A stretch of DNA of 63,527 nucleotides, filler included, from Octopus bimaculoides (taxonomy: Eukaryota): NCBI RefSeq assembly GCF_001194135.2. It is 6 parts of 6 records of this genome, joined end to end, with 100 filler letters (N's around TTAATTAATTAA, not from the genome) between each part and the next. Parts side by side here need not be neighbours in the genome. Positions count along the whole stretch, not along the records: positions 35,170 to 46,209 come from NC_068986.1; positions 46,310 to 58,468 come from NC_068996.1; 4 more parts are not named here. One strand, given 5' to 3'. Below are positions 39,973 to 52,224 of the stretch, piece after piece. Position 1 is the stretch's first letter. Each line of letters opens with the position of its first letter. The position numbers were made by a program, and so were the translations under genes. Below the pieces are notes generated by a model. The model was not told the DNA's origin and did not search any database. It saw nothing but the letters and a program-made list of their open reading frames with translations.

Positions 39973-40424
39973 TTATGTACACACTCACACCCACACACAC
40001 AAAAAAAAGGCAATTTTGACCTCAGCGGAAATTGAAGTCAGAGCGTTAGGTGCCGGAAGGAATAAAGGTTTAATGTATCATATTCTTGTTTTACACTAAA
40101 AGTCTCCTGATATCCTGTATTACTCAAAGCAGTAATTTCAATCTCGATTTTCGTGAAAAAAACATAATAATAATCAAAGTACATAAAGGATTGTGGCAAT
40201 GGTGACTTGATGATTTTGTGATGAACCATATTGAGACTAAGCCCCAAACAAAAAATACACATGGTTATGTCTTTCAATTATGTTTAGGTATTTTGTTCCG
40301 ACCTTGAGGGTCAAGGCCCTGCTCGGGCATGTTGTCTACTGTCTGAGGAAGCGTATGGCTTAGTGGTTAGGGGTGGAGAATATATACGCCATCGAAACTG
40401 GGAAAGCGGCTCTGTGAGTCTACA

Positions 40425-40710
40425 ATTATTATTATTATTATTATTATTATTGTTCAGTAGTTTTATTTTTATAACGTGCTTTCACTTCACTACCGAGCGC
40501 AGCTCTGTGCGCCTTGGGTATGTGCTGTGGTTTGCTGTGGTGCTTTTATGTTTACTGTATTGAAAGTGTTTTGCGTAGAATGTGTGCAGTACCCAGTAGT
40601 GCAATTTTCTGTATGTTACATATATTTGTAAGTCCTGGTATTTTTGTTATGTATTTGTCTGAGTATTTTTTAATTATACCTAAGGCACCTACTATGATAG
40701 GAATTGTTTC

Positions 40711-40780
<70 letters not shown>
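40425..40780 (-). mobile_element. R4/Dong-like 3' fragment with (TAA)n on both ends and a 12-bp flanking direct repeat
   Basis: Minus translation ETIPIIVGALGIIKKYSDKYITKIPGLTNICNIQKIALLGTAHILRKTLSIQ*; TGTGAGTCTACA at 40413-40424 and 40781-40792. Confidence 0.85.
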
Positions 40781-41140
40781 TGTGAGTCTACATTACTCTG
40801 GAAGGACTTTTACCTTATCTCTGTTGTATACCCTTATACTAAAAAATCGCTATTGTTGATGTTCATGTTTCTATTTGTTTCAATTTGATTAAGTGCTTCA
40901 GACAATGCTTTGAATGGTTTGATCTAATGGTTTTCAAATGGGGTCCACTTCACACTTAAGGGTCCATATATGTTGTTAAAATCTATGTGTAATAAATTTG
41001 CTATACTTCTACAATACATGAGCAATATTTTATACAACTCCCAATAACATTTAATTCCAAAAATATAATAGGATTTTTAAACATTGAATGATAATAGGGG
41101 TCAGTCAGAGTGAAATAGGAATCAAAGGGATCCATAGGCA

Positions 41141-41281
41141 GTGCTTGACTGGTACCATAAATTTATCGACCTCGAAAGGATGAGGGAGAAAAGTCGACCA
41201 CGGCAGAACTCGAACTCTGAATATAAAGATGGCCGATATGCCGCTAAGAATTTTTTCCGGTGCGCTAACGATTCGGTCAGC
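41141..41281 (-). mobile_element. SINE family B head and core
   Basis: TTTATCGACCTCGAAAGGATGA..AAGTCGAC..GCGCTAACGATTC. Confidence 0.75.
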
Positions 41282-41865
41282 ATGATGTCCTCTTAAAAAT
41301 AATGATGATGTTAATGATGGTAATGATTTGTTTTTCTGAACTCACTAAGATGATCGCAAGGGGTTGAATTTATCCAAACTCCAATGGATTAACGTCGAAC
41401 CTCTTTGCTAAGACCAAGGCCAAAAATGAAAAAAACCCTTAAACTTTGCATTTAGTAATGTCATAGGTCAGAAATAAACCGCTCTCTTTCTAGCACAGAC
41501 AACAAGGCCTAAAATTTTAGGCTAAGTGTATTGTTGCTTAAATTGACCCCGTACTTGACTGACAATTATTTTATCTAGCTTGGAGGAAAGAAAGTTAAAG
41601 ATTTCAGAAGTCGACTGAGCTGCTCGTCATGATTGAAATTGATAAAATAAAGTAACAGTCATATACAGAATACTTAAATTTAAGTAACTCCACTTCTCTT
41701 TAATTTCATACCTTGTACCTATGTCAGAAATCATTATTTAAGTTAATGAATAATAGCGTTGGTCTGTAAGATGTCTCATAAAATACCTTGAGGTCTTTTG
41801 TTTCATCTGGTAGCCATCCGAGATGCGACGAACTTCACTACAACTATATATGGCGTATGATGAAT

Positions 41866-42073
41866 TCTTTTATTTGTTTCAGTCATTTGACTGCAGCCCT
41901 GCTGGAGCACCGCCTTTAGTTGAGCAAATCGACGCCCAGGACTTATTCTTTGTAAGCCTAGTACTTATTCTATCGGACTCTCTTGCCGAACCGCTAAGTT
42001 ACGGGGAGGTAAACACACCAGCATCTGTTGTCAAGCGATGTTGGGGGACAAACACAGACACACAAACATATAC

Positions 42074-42124
<51 letters not shown>

Positions 42125-42458
42125 ATACAAATAATATGTGAGCATATGCATATAGATGTATATCTGGGCGCAGGGCGTCACAAAATAACGTGGACAAAAT
42201 GAAAAACAGAACATAAACAGAGCACAGAAAACAAACAGGCCACACAGAGAATATTTCCTTCATCAGCTACTCCTAATCTAAACTAAGCGTTTCGAAGAAC
42301 GGGCTTCTGTCAGTTTCCGTCTACCATATCCACTCACAAGGCTTTGGTCGGCCCGAGATTATAGTAGAAGACACTTGCCCAATGCCACACAGTGGGACTG
42401 TATCCGGAACCATGTGGTCGGCAAGCAAGCTATTTACCACACAGCCACTCCTGCGCCT
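41866..42458 (-). mobile_element. SINE family A split by extra sequence in its internal microsatellite
   Basis: Tail/body at 41866-42065 and head at 42299-42458; a Penelope-like fragment (~42166-42296) lies between them. Confidence 0.78.
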
Positions 42459-42680
42459 ATATTATTATATATAAAATATGCATGCATCACATATCCAGTT
42501 AACACTAACTCTGTTGACTTTGAAGTAATTTAAACTCAACATGAAAACAGCCGGAACAAGATTATCAACGATTCTGCCAGCTTGCGGAGATAGCCTGATG
42601 TGATATAATCCATTGTACTATACATTGTACATGCAAGGTGTGAAATATTTTAGGAAAAGGGGCTTAAAATTATATTGACT

Positions 42681-42815
42681 AGTACTTATTTTATCGACCC
42701 TGAAAGGATGAAAAGCAAAGCCAACGTCTGTAGCGTTTGATCTCAGAACGTAAAGACGGATGAAATGCCTCTAAGCATTTTGTCCAGGATACTAAGAATT
42801 TTGCTAGCTCGCTGC
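42681..42815 (-). mobile_element. SINE family B head and core
   Basis: AGTACTTATTTTATCGACCCTGAAAGGATGAAAAGCAAAG. Confidence 0.75.
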
Positions 42816-43297
42816 TTTGCTTGCTTCGAAACAGCAACCTCAGTAACACACAGACATACATAAATACACACACACACACACACACACACACATTCACTTT
42901 CACTTTCTGACTCTGTCTCTCTCGCACACATACATACATACACACATACATGCATACATACATACATACATACATATATGCACACATACACGTGCACATA
43001 CTCATACATTCCCTCCCACGATACTAAGATATGTGGATACAGATTTTATGTACGCTCATAGAGAACATTAAGAAACATGAAACATATATGTGTATATATA
43101 AATTCCATTAAATATATTTATATTCCTATTATATACAGCTCTCTAAGTTATATTAATTGCTTATGTAAACATTGAACCACAATAACAAACACATATAGTC
43201 TGGCATATGTACATATACACATACACACATATAAAAACAGAAGTCATTCAAACACACGCACACAAACACTCACACACACATACATACTCACACACAT

Positions 43298-43351
<54 letters not shown>

Positions 43352-44323
43352 NNNNNNNNNNNNNNNNNNNNNNNNNNNNNNNNNNNNNNNNNNNNNNNNN
43401 NNNNNNNNNNNNNNNNNNNNNNNNNNNNNNNNNNNNNNNNNNNNNNNNNNNNNNNNNNNNNNNNNNNNNNNNNNNNNNNNNNNNNNNNNNNNNNNNNNNN
43501 NNNNNNNNNNNNNNNNNNNNNNNNNNNNNNNNNNNNNNNNNNNNNNNNNNNNNNNNNNNNNNNNNNNNNNNNNNNNNNNNNNNNNNNNNNNNNNNNNNNN
43601 NNNNNNNNNNNNNNNNNNNNNNNNNNNNNNNNNNNNNNNNNNNNNNNNNNNNNNNNNNNNNNNNNNNNNNNNNNNNNNNNNNNNNNNNNNNNNNNNNNNN
43701 NNNNNNNNNNNNNNNNNNNNNNNNNNNNNNNNNNNNNNNNNNNNNNNNNNNNNNNNNNNNNNNNNNNNNNNNNNNNNNNNNNNNNNNNNNNNNNNNNNNN
43801 NNNNNNNNNNNNNNNNNNNNNNNNNNNNNNNNNNNNNNNNNNNNNNNNNNNNNNNNNNNNNNNNNNNNNNNNNNNNNNNNNNNNNNNNNNNNNNNNNNNN
43901 NNNNNNNNNNNNNNNNNNNNNNNNNNNNNNNNNNNNNNNNNNNNNNNNNNNNNNNNNNNNNNNNNNNNNNNNNNNNNNNNNNNNNNNNNNNNNNNNNNNN
44001 NNNNNNNNNNNNNNNNNNNNNNNNNNNNNNNNNNNNNNNNNNNNNNNNNNNNNNNNNNNNNNNNNNNNNNNNNNNNNNNNNNNNNNNNNNNNNNNNNNNN
44101 NNNNNNNNNNNNNNNNNNNNNNNNNNNNNNNNNNNNNNNNNNNNNNNNNNNNNNNNNNNNNNNNNNNNNNNNNNNNNNNNNNNNNNNNNNNNNNNTATAC
44201 GAGCATTGTAATCATCCCAGGAATACGGACTATGATCATAGGAAATATGTGATTCATGGAAACGCGCGTAGTAATACATTAAAATATTTATAAATTCCAT
44301 CCAAGGATTATTATTATTATTTC

Positions 44324-44370
<47 letters not shown>

Positions 44371-44896
44371 AAAAAAACAAGAAGAGAAAATGAGATTAGG
44401 AAGTTAATAACCATTTATTATTGACAACAAATTGGTCATCCTCGCTTATTACAGCCGTTTCAATTAAAATCAAACCAGTACGTCATTGGCTGAAATCATA
44501 CCTTCGTGAGGCTAAGATATCCTCTAATTAAATGTGTGTATGTGTGTGTGTGTGTGTGCGTATTTGTGTATATTTTGTAGGTAGAGTAACATCCAAGCTG
44601 TATATTATTTGGTTTTCTACCTAAAGAGTTTCTAGTAGGACAGTTCTTCCATATTTATCCAACATGTACAACGTTGTGATTTCTATTAGCAAACGAAATA
44701 TATGCAATGGTGAATAAATAATACCGATAAATTATTCCAACTTCCTGTTGTATTATATATGTGTATACATGAATGTATGGATGTATGTATATATATGTAT
44801 ATATATATATGTGTATGTATTTCTTTTATTCTTTTATTCTTTTAGTTGTTTCAGACAATTGACTGGGACCATGCTGGAGCACTGCCTTTAGATATG

Positions 44897-45063
44897 AGGC
44901 ACAGGCGTGGCTGTGTGGTAAGAAGCTTGCTTCCGGACCTCATGGTTCCGCGTGCAGTCCCACTGCGTGGCACCTTGTGGTGCAAGTGTCTTCTACTATA
45001 GCCTCGGGCCGAGCAAAGCCTTGTGAGTGGATTTGGTAGACGGAAACTGAAAGAAGCTCGTCG
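44897..45063 (+). mobile_element. SINE family A head; an opposite-strand tail fragment lies at 44821-44891
   Basis: CAGGCGTGGCTGTGTGGTAAGAAGC..GAAAGAAGCTCGTCG. Confidence 0.85.
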
Positions 45064-46156
45064 TATATCTCTGTATATATATATATATATATATATATNN
45101 NNNNNNNNNNNNNNNNNNNNNNNNNNNNNNNNNNNNNNNNNNNNNNNNNNNNNNNNNNNNNNNNNNNNNNNNNNNNNNNNNNNNNNNNNNNNNNNNNNNN
45201 NNNNNNNNNNNNNNNNNNNNNNNNNNNNNNNNNNNNNNNNNNNNNNNNNNNNNNNNNNNNNNNNNNNNNNNNNNNNNNNNNNNNNNNNNNNNNNNNNNNN
45301 NNNNNNNNNNNNNNNNNNNNNNNNNNNNNNNNNNNNNNNNNNNNNNNNNNNNNNNNNNNNNNNNNNNNNNNNNNNNNNNNNNNNNNNNNNNNNNNNNNNN
45401 NNNNNNNNNNNNNNNNNNNNNNNNNNNNNNNNNNNNNNNNNNNNNNNNNNNNNNNNNNNNNNNNNNNNNNNNNNNNNNNNNNNNNNNNNNNNNNNNNNNN
45501 NNNNNNNNNNNNNNNNNNNNNNNNNNNNNNNNNNNNNNNNNNNNNNNNNNNNNNNNNNNNNNNNNNNNNNNNNNNNNNNNNNNNNTATATATATATATAT
45601 ATATGAGTGTATGTATGGATATATGTACACACATGCATATATGTACAGATAGTTTAAATTGAATACCAATGTGCGAGATTATTGACGTTTTCCGTGTATC
45701 GATTGCTATATCATTCTCATCAGCTACGGAAAAGGTTTATCTGCAAATAGTAGTCTATTAATGCAGCTTTGGAGAAAATTGATATACGTTATTGTATTGA
45801 TATTATTTCTTTCCTTGTTGTTTTACATGTATATCGATCTACCTGGTCATATATGTGCGTATGTGTATGTTTGTGTCTGTGTGTGTGTGCATATATGTAT
45901 GCTTGTGTGTTTCTGTGTATGTGTGAAATATTCATATCATATAAATAAATAAATGTAAGATATAATAAATGCATAAACTTATATAGATACATACTTATGT
46001 GCATTTTTATTTCGTTTATATGTTTAAAAAGAAATTTGATAATAGATATTACATGAAAAGAAAATATTCTATTTTTTTTACATATTCGTATTAATATCTC
46101 TATCAGACAATACTTCAGTTTCTGTCAACTGATATTTATCCATGTCAACCATGTGT

Positions 46157-46209
<53 letters not shown>

Positions 46210-46309
46210 NNNNNNNNNNNNNNNNNNNNNNNNNNNNNNNNNNNNNNNNNNNNTTAATTAATTAANNNNNNNNNNNNNNNNNNNNNNNNNNNNNNNNNNN
46301 NNNNNNNNN
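46210..46309. other. Artificial 100-bp assembly linker 4
   Basis: 44 N + TTAATTAATTAA (46254-46265) + 44 N. Confidence 0.95.
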
Positions 46310-46452
46310 TGGTGTGTTTACGTCCCCGTAACATAGCAGTTCGGCAAAAGAGACCGACAGAATAAGTCCTAGGGTAGATTTGTTCGACTAAAGGCGGTGC
46401 TCCAGCATGGCCGCAGTCAAATGACTGAAACGAATTTAAGAATAAAAGAATA
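46310..46452 (+). mobile_element. SINE family A tail
   Basis: GGTGTGTTTACGTCCCCGTAAC..GGCCGCAGTCAAATGACTGAAA. Confidence 0.82.
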
Positions 46453-46707
46453 GATATCTTTCTCCTTCCGACAAATCCGTACGAGTTACTTCCCTTACAC
46501 TATTATTCTTTTCTTACACACACACACACACCAAGCTATATATAATTTTTCATTATACATATATGCTATTATGCCTATCACATTGTTTTGTTTTATTTCC
46601 TACCTTTACGACTCTAAGTATCAAATGTCTACACCCACCAACAACAGTTACGTCACTGTACACTAAATCCTCATTATATTATCTAACCTGCATACAATTA
46701 GTTCACT

Positions 46708-46855
46708 ACCCTTTAGCATTCAAATTACTTTGTCAAATGTAATGCTTATTTCTTCACATGGCTTTATCCTGCATAATCTCATAGCTTTGAGATTTCAATG
46801 TGGTGATTGCTTTGTTTTAGAAATGGCATTGTAGGACAGGTGTGAGAAGCTGGAT
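46708..46855 (+). mobile_element. piggyBac-like MITE 1, partial
   Basis: CCCTTTAGCATTCAAATTACTTTGTCAAATGTAATGCTTATT is the reverse complement of the right part of 53793-54022. Confidence 0.65.
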
Positions 46856-47330
46856 GCTTTTTACATGGCACCAGCACCGGCAGGAATCACCAATTAACTT
46901 GCAAGACAAGGAATTTTTGAGAGGGGAGGAAGCATTGTGAGTGATGGAAACTGTGAGGAAGCCTGTCGTGTAATATATATATATGTGTGTTTGTGTGTCT
47001 TTATATCTGTGTTTGTCCCACTGCCACTTAAGAGAGTATTAATTTCTACATAGTTTCAAGTTCAGCACCACTGTGCAGTACCTTGAGCAAATGGCTTTTA
47101 CTTTAGGTTTGGGCCCACCAAGGCCTTGTGATGTGTATATGTGTCTCCTTGATTTCTTGTGAAGAAAAAGAAATCTCAATTTTCAGAATGCTGCTTGAGA
47201 CCATACTTCATTAAAGGATAGTGATGAAAAAGGTGATGATGATGATGATGATGACGATGATGATGATGATGATGATGACAATGATGAGGATAGCAATGAG
47301 AATGAAAGAAAAGTAATATGCAGATATATA

Positions 47331-47508
47331 CTCTTTACTCTTTTACTTGTTTCAGTTATTTGACTGTGGCCATGCTGGAGCACCGTCTTTTGTCGAGAAA
47401 ATCAACCCCAGGACTTATTCTTTGGAAGCCTAGTACTTATTCTATCGGTCTCTTTTGCCAAACTGCTAAGTTACAGGGACGTAAGCACACCACCATCGGT
47501 TGTCAAGC
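47331..47508 (-). mobile_element. SINE family A tail/body running into a gap
   Basis: Reverse complement of the family A tail. Confidence 0.82.
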
Positions 47509-48062
47509 NNNNNNNNNNNNNNNNNNNNNNNNNNNNNNNNNNNNNNNNNNNNNNNNNNNNNNNNNNNNNNNNNNNNNNNNNNNNNNNNNNNNNNNNNNNN
47601 NNNNNNNNNNNNNNNNNNNNNNNNNNNNNNNNNNNNNNNNNNNNNNNNNNNNNNNNNNNNNNNNNNNNNNNNNNNNNNNNNNNNNNNNNNNNNNNNNNNN
47701 NNNNNNNNNNNNNNNNNNNNNNNNNNNNNNNNNNNNNNNNNNNNNNNNNNNNNNNNNNNNNNNNNNNNNNNNNNNNNNNNNNNNNNNNNNNNNNNNNNNN
47801 NNNNNNNNNNNNNNNNNNNNNNNNNNNNNNNNNNNNNNNNNNNNNNNNNNNNNNNNNNNNNNNNNNNNNNNNNNNNNNNNNNNNNNNNNNNNNNNNNNNN
47901 NNNNNNNNNNNNNNNNNNNNNNNNNNNNNNNNNNNNNNNNNNNNNNNNNNNNNNNNNNNNNNNNNNNNNNNNNNNNNNNNNNNNNNNNNNNNNNNTATAT
48001 TAAAACTTTATAATTAAGTTTTTCAAAAGAAAAAGAAATTGCCAAAATCTGTTTAAATTTAC

Positions 48063-48170
48063 CTAAAGATGAGGTGGGGTACTGTGTAGAAAATTCTGTT
48101 TGTATTCCAACATCATTTGATACTTGTTGGAAAACCGATGTTATCACACTCAGTAATTCCAAAAGAAATC
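48063..48170 (-). CDS. Internal exon (108 nt, phase 1-1) of the unidentified gene: FLLELLSVITSVFQQVSNDVGIQTEFSTQYPTSSL
   Basis: Acceptor TATATTTTTAATTGCAG (AG 48172-48171), donor TTAG|GTAAAT (GT 48062-48061); only one frame is open. Confidence 0.65.
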
Positions 48171-48599
48171 CTGCAATTAAAAATATATGTGTATAGAAAC
48201 ATACCTCAACATCATTTCATGTTATGCTTATTTAGACTTTGCGTAATTTTTTCTTTTTAAAGAAAGTAATGGAGAAAAATAAACCTCAAATTCAGTTGAT
48301 TTATCTTTCTTTACACAGGTCTAAGTCAACATTTAAAAGCATAAGAATTAAAAGTAAAAACACCTAAAGATTAATAACGAAGTGGAAAATCAAATGAAAT
48401 ACATGTGAAAATATGAAACAAGCCATTTTTTAAAACAGATATAAGATAATAAAGTTTTAAAAATGTATTTTTGTGTTATGTCATTTTTTGCATGTTTTGG
48501 AACCAATTAAACTGAGGTATGCCTATATATAATTAATTAGAAATATCTATAGACACTGGGACTCAGAGGGGATGACAGGGGGCCGAGATCCCTGGTAGT

Positions 48600-48945
48600 C
48601 TGGTGTGCTTGAGAAGACATGTCAAGCTAAGTAAAAACATGCTTGTTCTTGCATACAAACATGTTCCCTGCATCCCTCTTAGGCTGAGTATTCCTAATCT
48701 TGCAAGCTTGTAGGCGCTGGTGCCACATAAAAGACATCCATACCGCTGCCACATAAATACATCTGTGCCGGTACTGCATAGAAAGCACCCAGTACACTCT
48801 TTAAAGTGGTTAGCATTAAGAAGGGCATCCAGCTGTAGAAACCCTGCCAAAACAGACATGGAGCCTGAACAGCCCTTCAGCTCCTGTCAAACTGTCCAAC
48901 CCATGCTAGCATGGAAAAACTCAGATCATTATCATCATCAGCAGC
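48600..48945 (+). mobile_element. Family E retroelement 3' end
   Basis: AAGAAGGGCATCCAGCTGTAGAAAC..CCATGCTAGCATGGAAAA..ATCATCATC. Confidence 0.72.
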
Positions 48946-49470
48946 AGCATTATTTTAATACCATGCTTCCATGAAATCAAGGTGTGATTAAGTCAGCAGT
49001 ATTTGTAGGAAAGACGTCGTTCTTACGTTATGCTTACATGTGATCTCATCATTCGTTAGATTTGAACAAACTACTCATTAACAAATATTCCTTGATCTTG
49101 CCTGTGTCTGCTTGAAACTATTTCATTCTGTATATACCAAAGAACAATCTGTCACCAACCCCACCATGACCTTCTCTCCAACTTTTAACCCTATAACATG
49201 ATCATTCCATTGCCTTTCCTGAACTCTTTCATGACCATGTTTCCTAATGAAAAACACAGTTCTAAGTTTCAATTAATCATGAAAATCATTGAGAATTTGG
49301 AAGGATTTTGTAAAACATCTGATATTTTTCATTAATTAGAATGATGGATGCATAGAATCTTTAGAGTGTAGGACAAGATGCCTGGTGGTATTTCTTTCAC
49401 TTCTTTGTCCTGAATTTAAATCTTCATGTGGTGAACTTTGTCTTTCATCCCCCTGAGGTCAATAAAATCA

Positions 49471-49762
49471 AATCATCATCATCATCATTTAACGTCTGTT
49501 GTCCATGCTGGCATGGGTTAGACAGTTTGACCAGGGCTGGTAAGCTGGAAGGCTGCACTAGACTCCAGTCTGATTTGGTATGGCTTTTTATGGTTGGATG
49601 CTATTCCTAATGCCAACTACTCCGAGAGTGTAATGGGTGCTTTTACGTGCCACCAGCATGGGTGTCATTTGCATGACACCGGTATCTGCCACAACTACAA
49701 TTTCACTTGGCTTGATGGGTCTTTTTCTCAAGCACGACATAATGTCAAAGATCTCAGTCATT
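49471..49762 (-). mobile_element. Family E retroelement 3' end
   Basis: ATCATCATCATTTAACGTCTGTTGTCCATGCTGGCATGGG..GGATGCTATTCCTAATGCCAAC. Confidence 0.75.
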
Positions 49763-49764
49763 AA

Positions 49765-50082
49765 CTCTGAGAGGCCTAACACTTGAAAAAGACTCAACCA
49801 CTTTGCCTCCATGGAACTCAACATTTGAAAGGGACTCAGCCACTTTGTCTCTGTGGAGCCCAACACTCAAAAGGGACTCAGTCACTTTGCCTCCATGAGG
49901 CTCAACCACTTTGCTTCTGTGAGGCCCAATGCTCAAAACGAACTCAGCCATTTTGCCTCTGTGGGGCCCAATGCTCAAAAGGGTCTCAGCCACTTTGCCT
50001 CCATGAGGCTCAACCACTTTGCTTCCGTGAGGCCCAATGCTCAAAAGGAATTCAGCTACTTTGCCTCTGTGAGACCCAACGC
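49765..50082. repeat. Minisatellite of 42-bp units and a 24-bp deleted variant
   Basis: Unit CTCTGTGAGGCCCAAYRCTCAAAAGGGACTCAGCCACTTTGC; order 42,42,42,24,42,42,24,42,partial. Confidence 0.88.
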
Positions 50083-50210
50083 TGGATTCAATTTAGTTGA
50101 TTTCATCCTCTCTCAGATATCAGGCTCTGTGCCAATATAAGAAACAATTATCTAAAGAGTGCTTGGAACACAACATAATTGTTAAGTTAATTTGGGTTTT
50201 ATGAGGAAAG

Positions 50211-50630
50211 GCATGATTGTGTGGTTAAGAAGTTTGCTTCTGGACCATGTGGTTTCAAATTCAATCAGTTAGTATTGTTTCAAGTATCTTCTACTATAGC
50301 TCTATAATTGTGAGTGGATTTCGTAGACAGAAATAGAAAGAATCTCATTACATATCTATATGTGTGTGCATGCGTTTGTGCCTCTTTGGTTTGACATCAC
50401 ACGATAGTTGAAAAGGAATGTCAATGTAATACAAGTGGTGTTCCCTGTCTATAATGTTCTGTGATGACATGTCGCACCATGAAGAGATATTACCTCATTT
50501 GGAAACAGGTGAGGATTGGCAACAGTAAAGGCATCCAGCCACAGAAAATTTGCTTCAATGAATTCTATCTGACCCATGCAAGCTTGGGAAAAATGGACAT
50601 TAAAACGATGATGATGGCAGTCAGGGCAAT
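50211..50630 (+). mobile_element. SINE family D: family-A-like head, different body, RTE-like tail
   Basis: Degenerate TGTGTGGTTAAGAAGTTTGCTTC head, microsatellite, then GGATTGGCAACAG..GGCATCCAGC..GGACATTAAAACGATGATGATG. Confidence 0.65.
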
Positions 50631-51246
50631 GATGATGAGGGGGGTGAAAATTTCTAAAATGGGGACCTTTATATCACAGAACAAGAAATGGTCTTAAGTG
50701 AGTTAGAATCAAACAAGTTAATAATGTTCTTCAAATTGCAAGGACAAATTATTTATTTCTGGGTTTAAATTTTAGCTTAAATACATTTTACTTTAGTCAA
50801 ATTTTGAAAAAATGATTTGGTCATTTCCTTTCCTGATTATAAAGAATGTGTTTAATTGAAATGCAGAGTTCATTAGATGTGTGTATGCAATTAAAAAAAA
50901 AATTAAATAATTAATAAATTATTAAAATTGGTATTACCGTTTTTTGAATCATTTTCCGTATTTGATAGCTTAAAAAAGAAAACAAAAAACAAAAAAAGAT
51001 TTGAAAGCAAAATTACAATTTTAATGGTTATTTTTATATTTTATTTGTTTCGGTCATTGGACAGTGGTCAAGCAAATCGACTCCAGTACTTATGCTTCCT
51101 TTTTTTAAAGTCTGGTATTTATTCTACTATTGGCCTCTTTTGCTGAAGCACTAAGTTACAAGAATGTAAACATACCAACCCTGGCTGTCAAGCATGTGTG
51201 TGTGTGTGTGTGCGTGTGTTTGTTGTGTGATAAACATAAACACAAG

Positions 51247-51279
<33 letters not shown>

Positions 51280-51284
51280 AATAT

Positions 51285-51534
51285 AAGGCGGTGCAAAAGT
51301 AGGTATGCAGTTATAGAAAAAGAAAACACATACAATACTCATTTATTTTTATCAAAAGAATTAAAAGTTACGCTAAAAGTATTATTATAGCTATGATGAA
51401 TGTATCATTATGATTAACAACACTGAAAATATCAAAAATGAGGCTAACTAATTTAATGTGCTAATAATTTTAACGAATTATTATAACACTGGTGTGATAC
51501 TTACTGTATGTCTACTTTTGCACCCCTCCCACTG
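51285..51534. mobile_element. Tc1/mariner-like MITE
   Basis: Inverted arms GGTGCAAAAGTAGGTATGCAGT / ACTGTATGTCTACTTTTGCACC; right end CACTG followed by TA. Confidence 0.6.
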
Positions 51535-51739
51535 TATATATATACGTATGGTTACTTCACCAGTGCTGGAGCCATGTAAAAAGCACTTGGTACACTCTGT
51601 TAAGTTGTTGGTGCTAGGAAGGGCATCCAGTTGTAGAAGCCATGTCAAAGCATACAGAACGTGGCAGAGCCCTCTAGCTTGTCTGTTCTTGTCAAACTGT
51701 CCAACTCATAAGCATGTTAAAAAAGAATGTAAAATGATG

Positions 51740-51819
<80 letters not shown>

Positions 51820-51821
51820 AA

Positions 51822-52204
51822 GTGGCTGTATGGTAAGAAGCTTGCTTCCCAACCACATGTTTCTGGGTTCAGTCCCACTGCGTGGCACTTTGGGCAAGTG
51901 TCTTCTACTACTAGAGACTCAGACTGACCAAAGCCTTGTAAGTAGATTTGGTGGATGGAAACTGAAAGAAGCCCATTGTATGTATGTATGCATTTGTGTG
52001 TTTGTGTTTGTCCCTCCACCATTGCTTGACAACCGATATTGGGTGTGTTTACATCCCATAACTTAGCGGTTTGGCAAAAGAGACCGATAAAATAAGTACT
52101 AGGCTTCCAAAGAATAAGTCCTGGGGTCGATTTGCTCGACTAAAGGCGGTGCTCCAGCATGGCCGCAGTCAAATGACTGAAACAAGTAAAAGAGTAAAAG
52201 AGAG
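51822..52204 (+). mobile_element. SINE family A, full length
   Basis: Head, body and AGTAAAAGAGTAAAAGAG tail; a family E fragment lies just upstream (~51560-51742). Confidence 0.87.
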
Positions 52205-52224
52205 TATATATATATATATATATA

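Noticed and set aside
49765-50082. CRISPR-like array
   Set aside because: Contiguous degenerate tandem units with no unique spacers, in eukaryotic context
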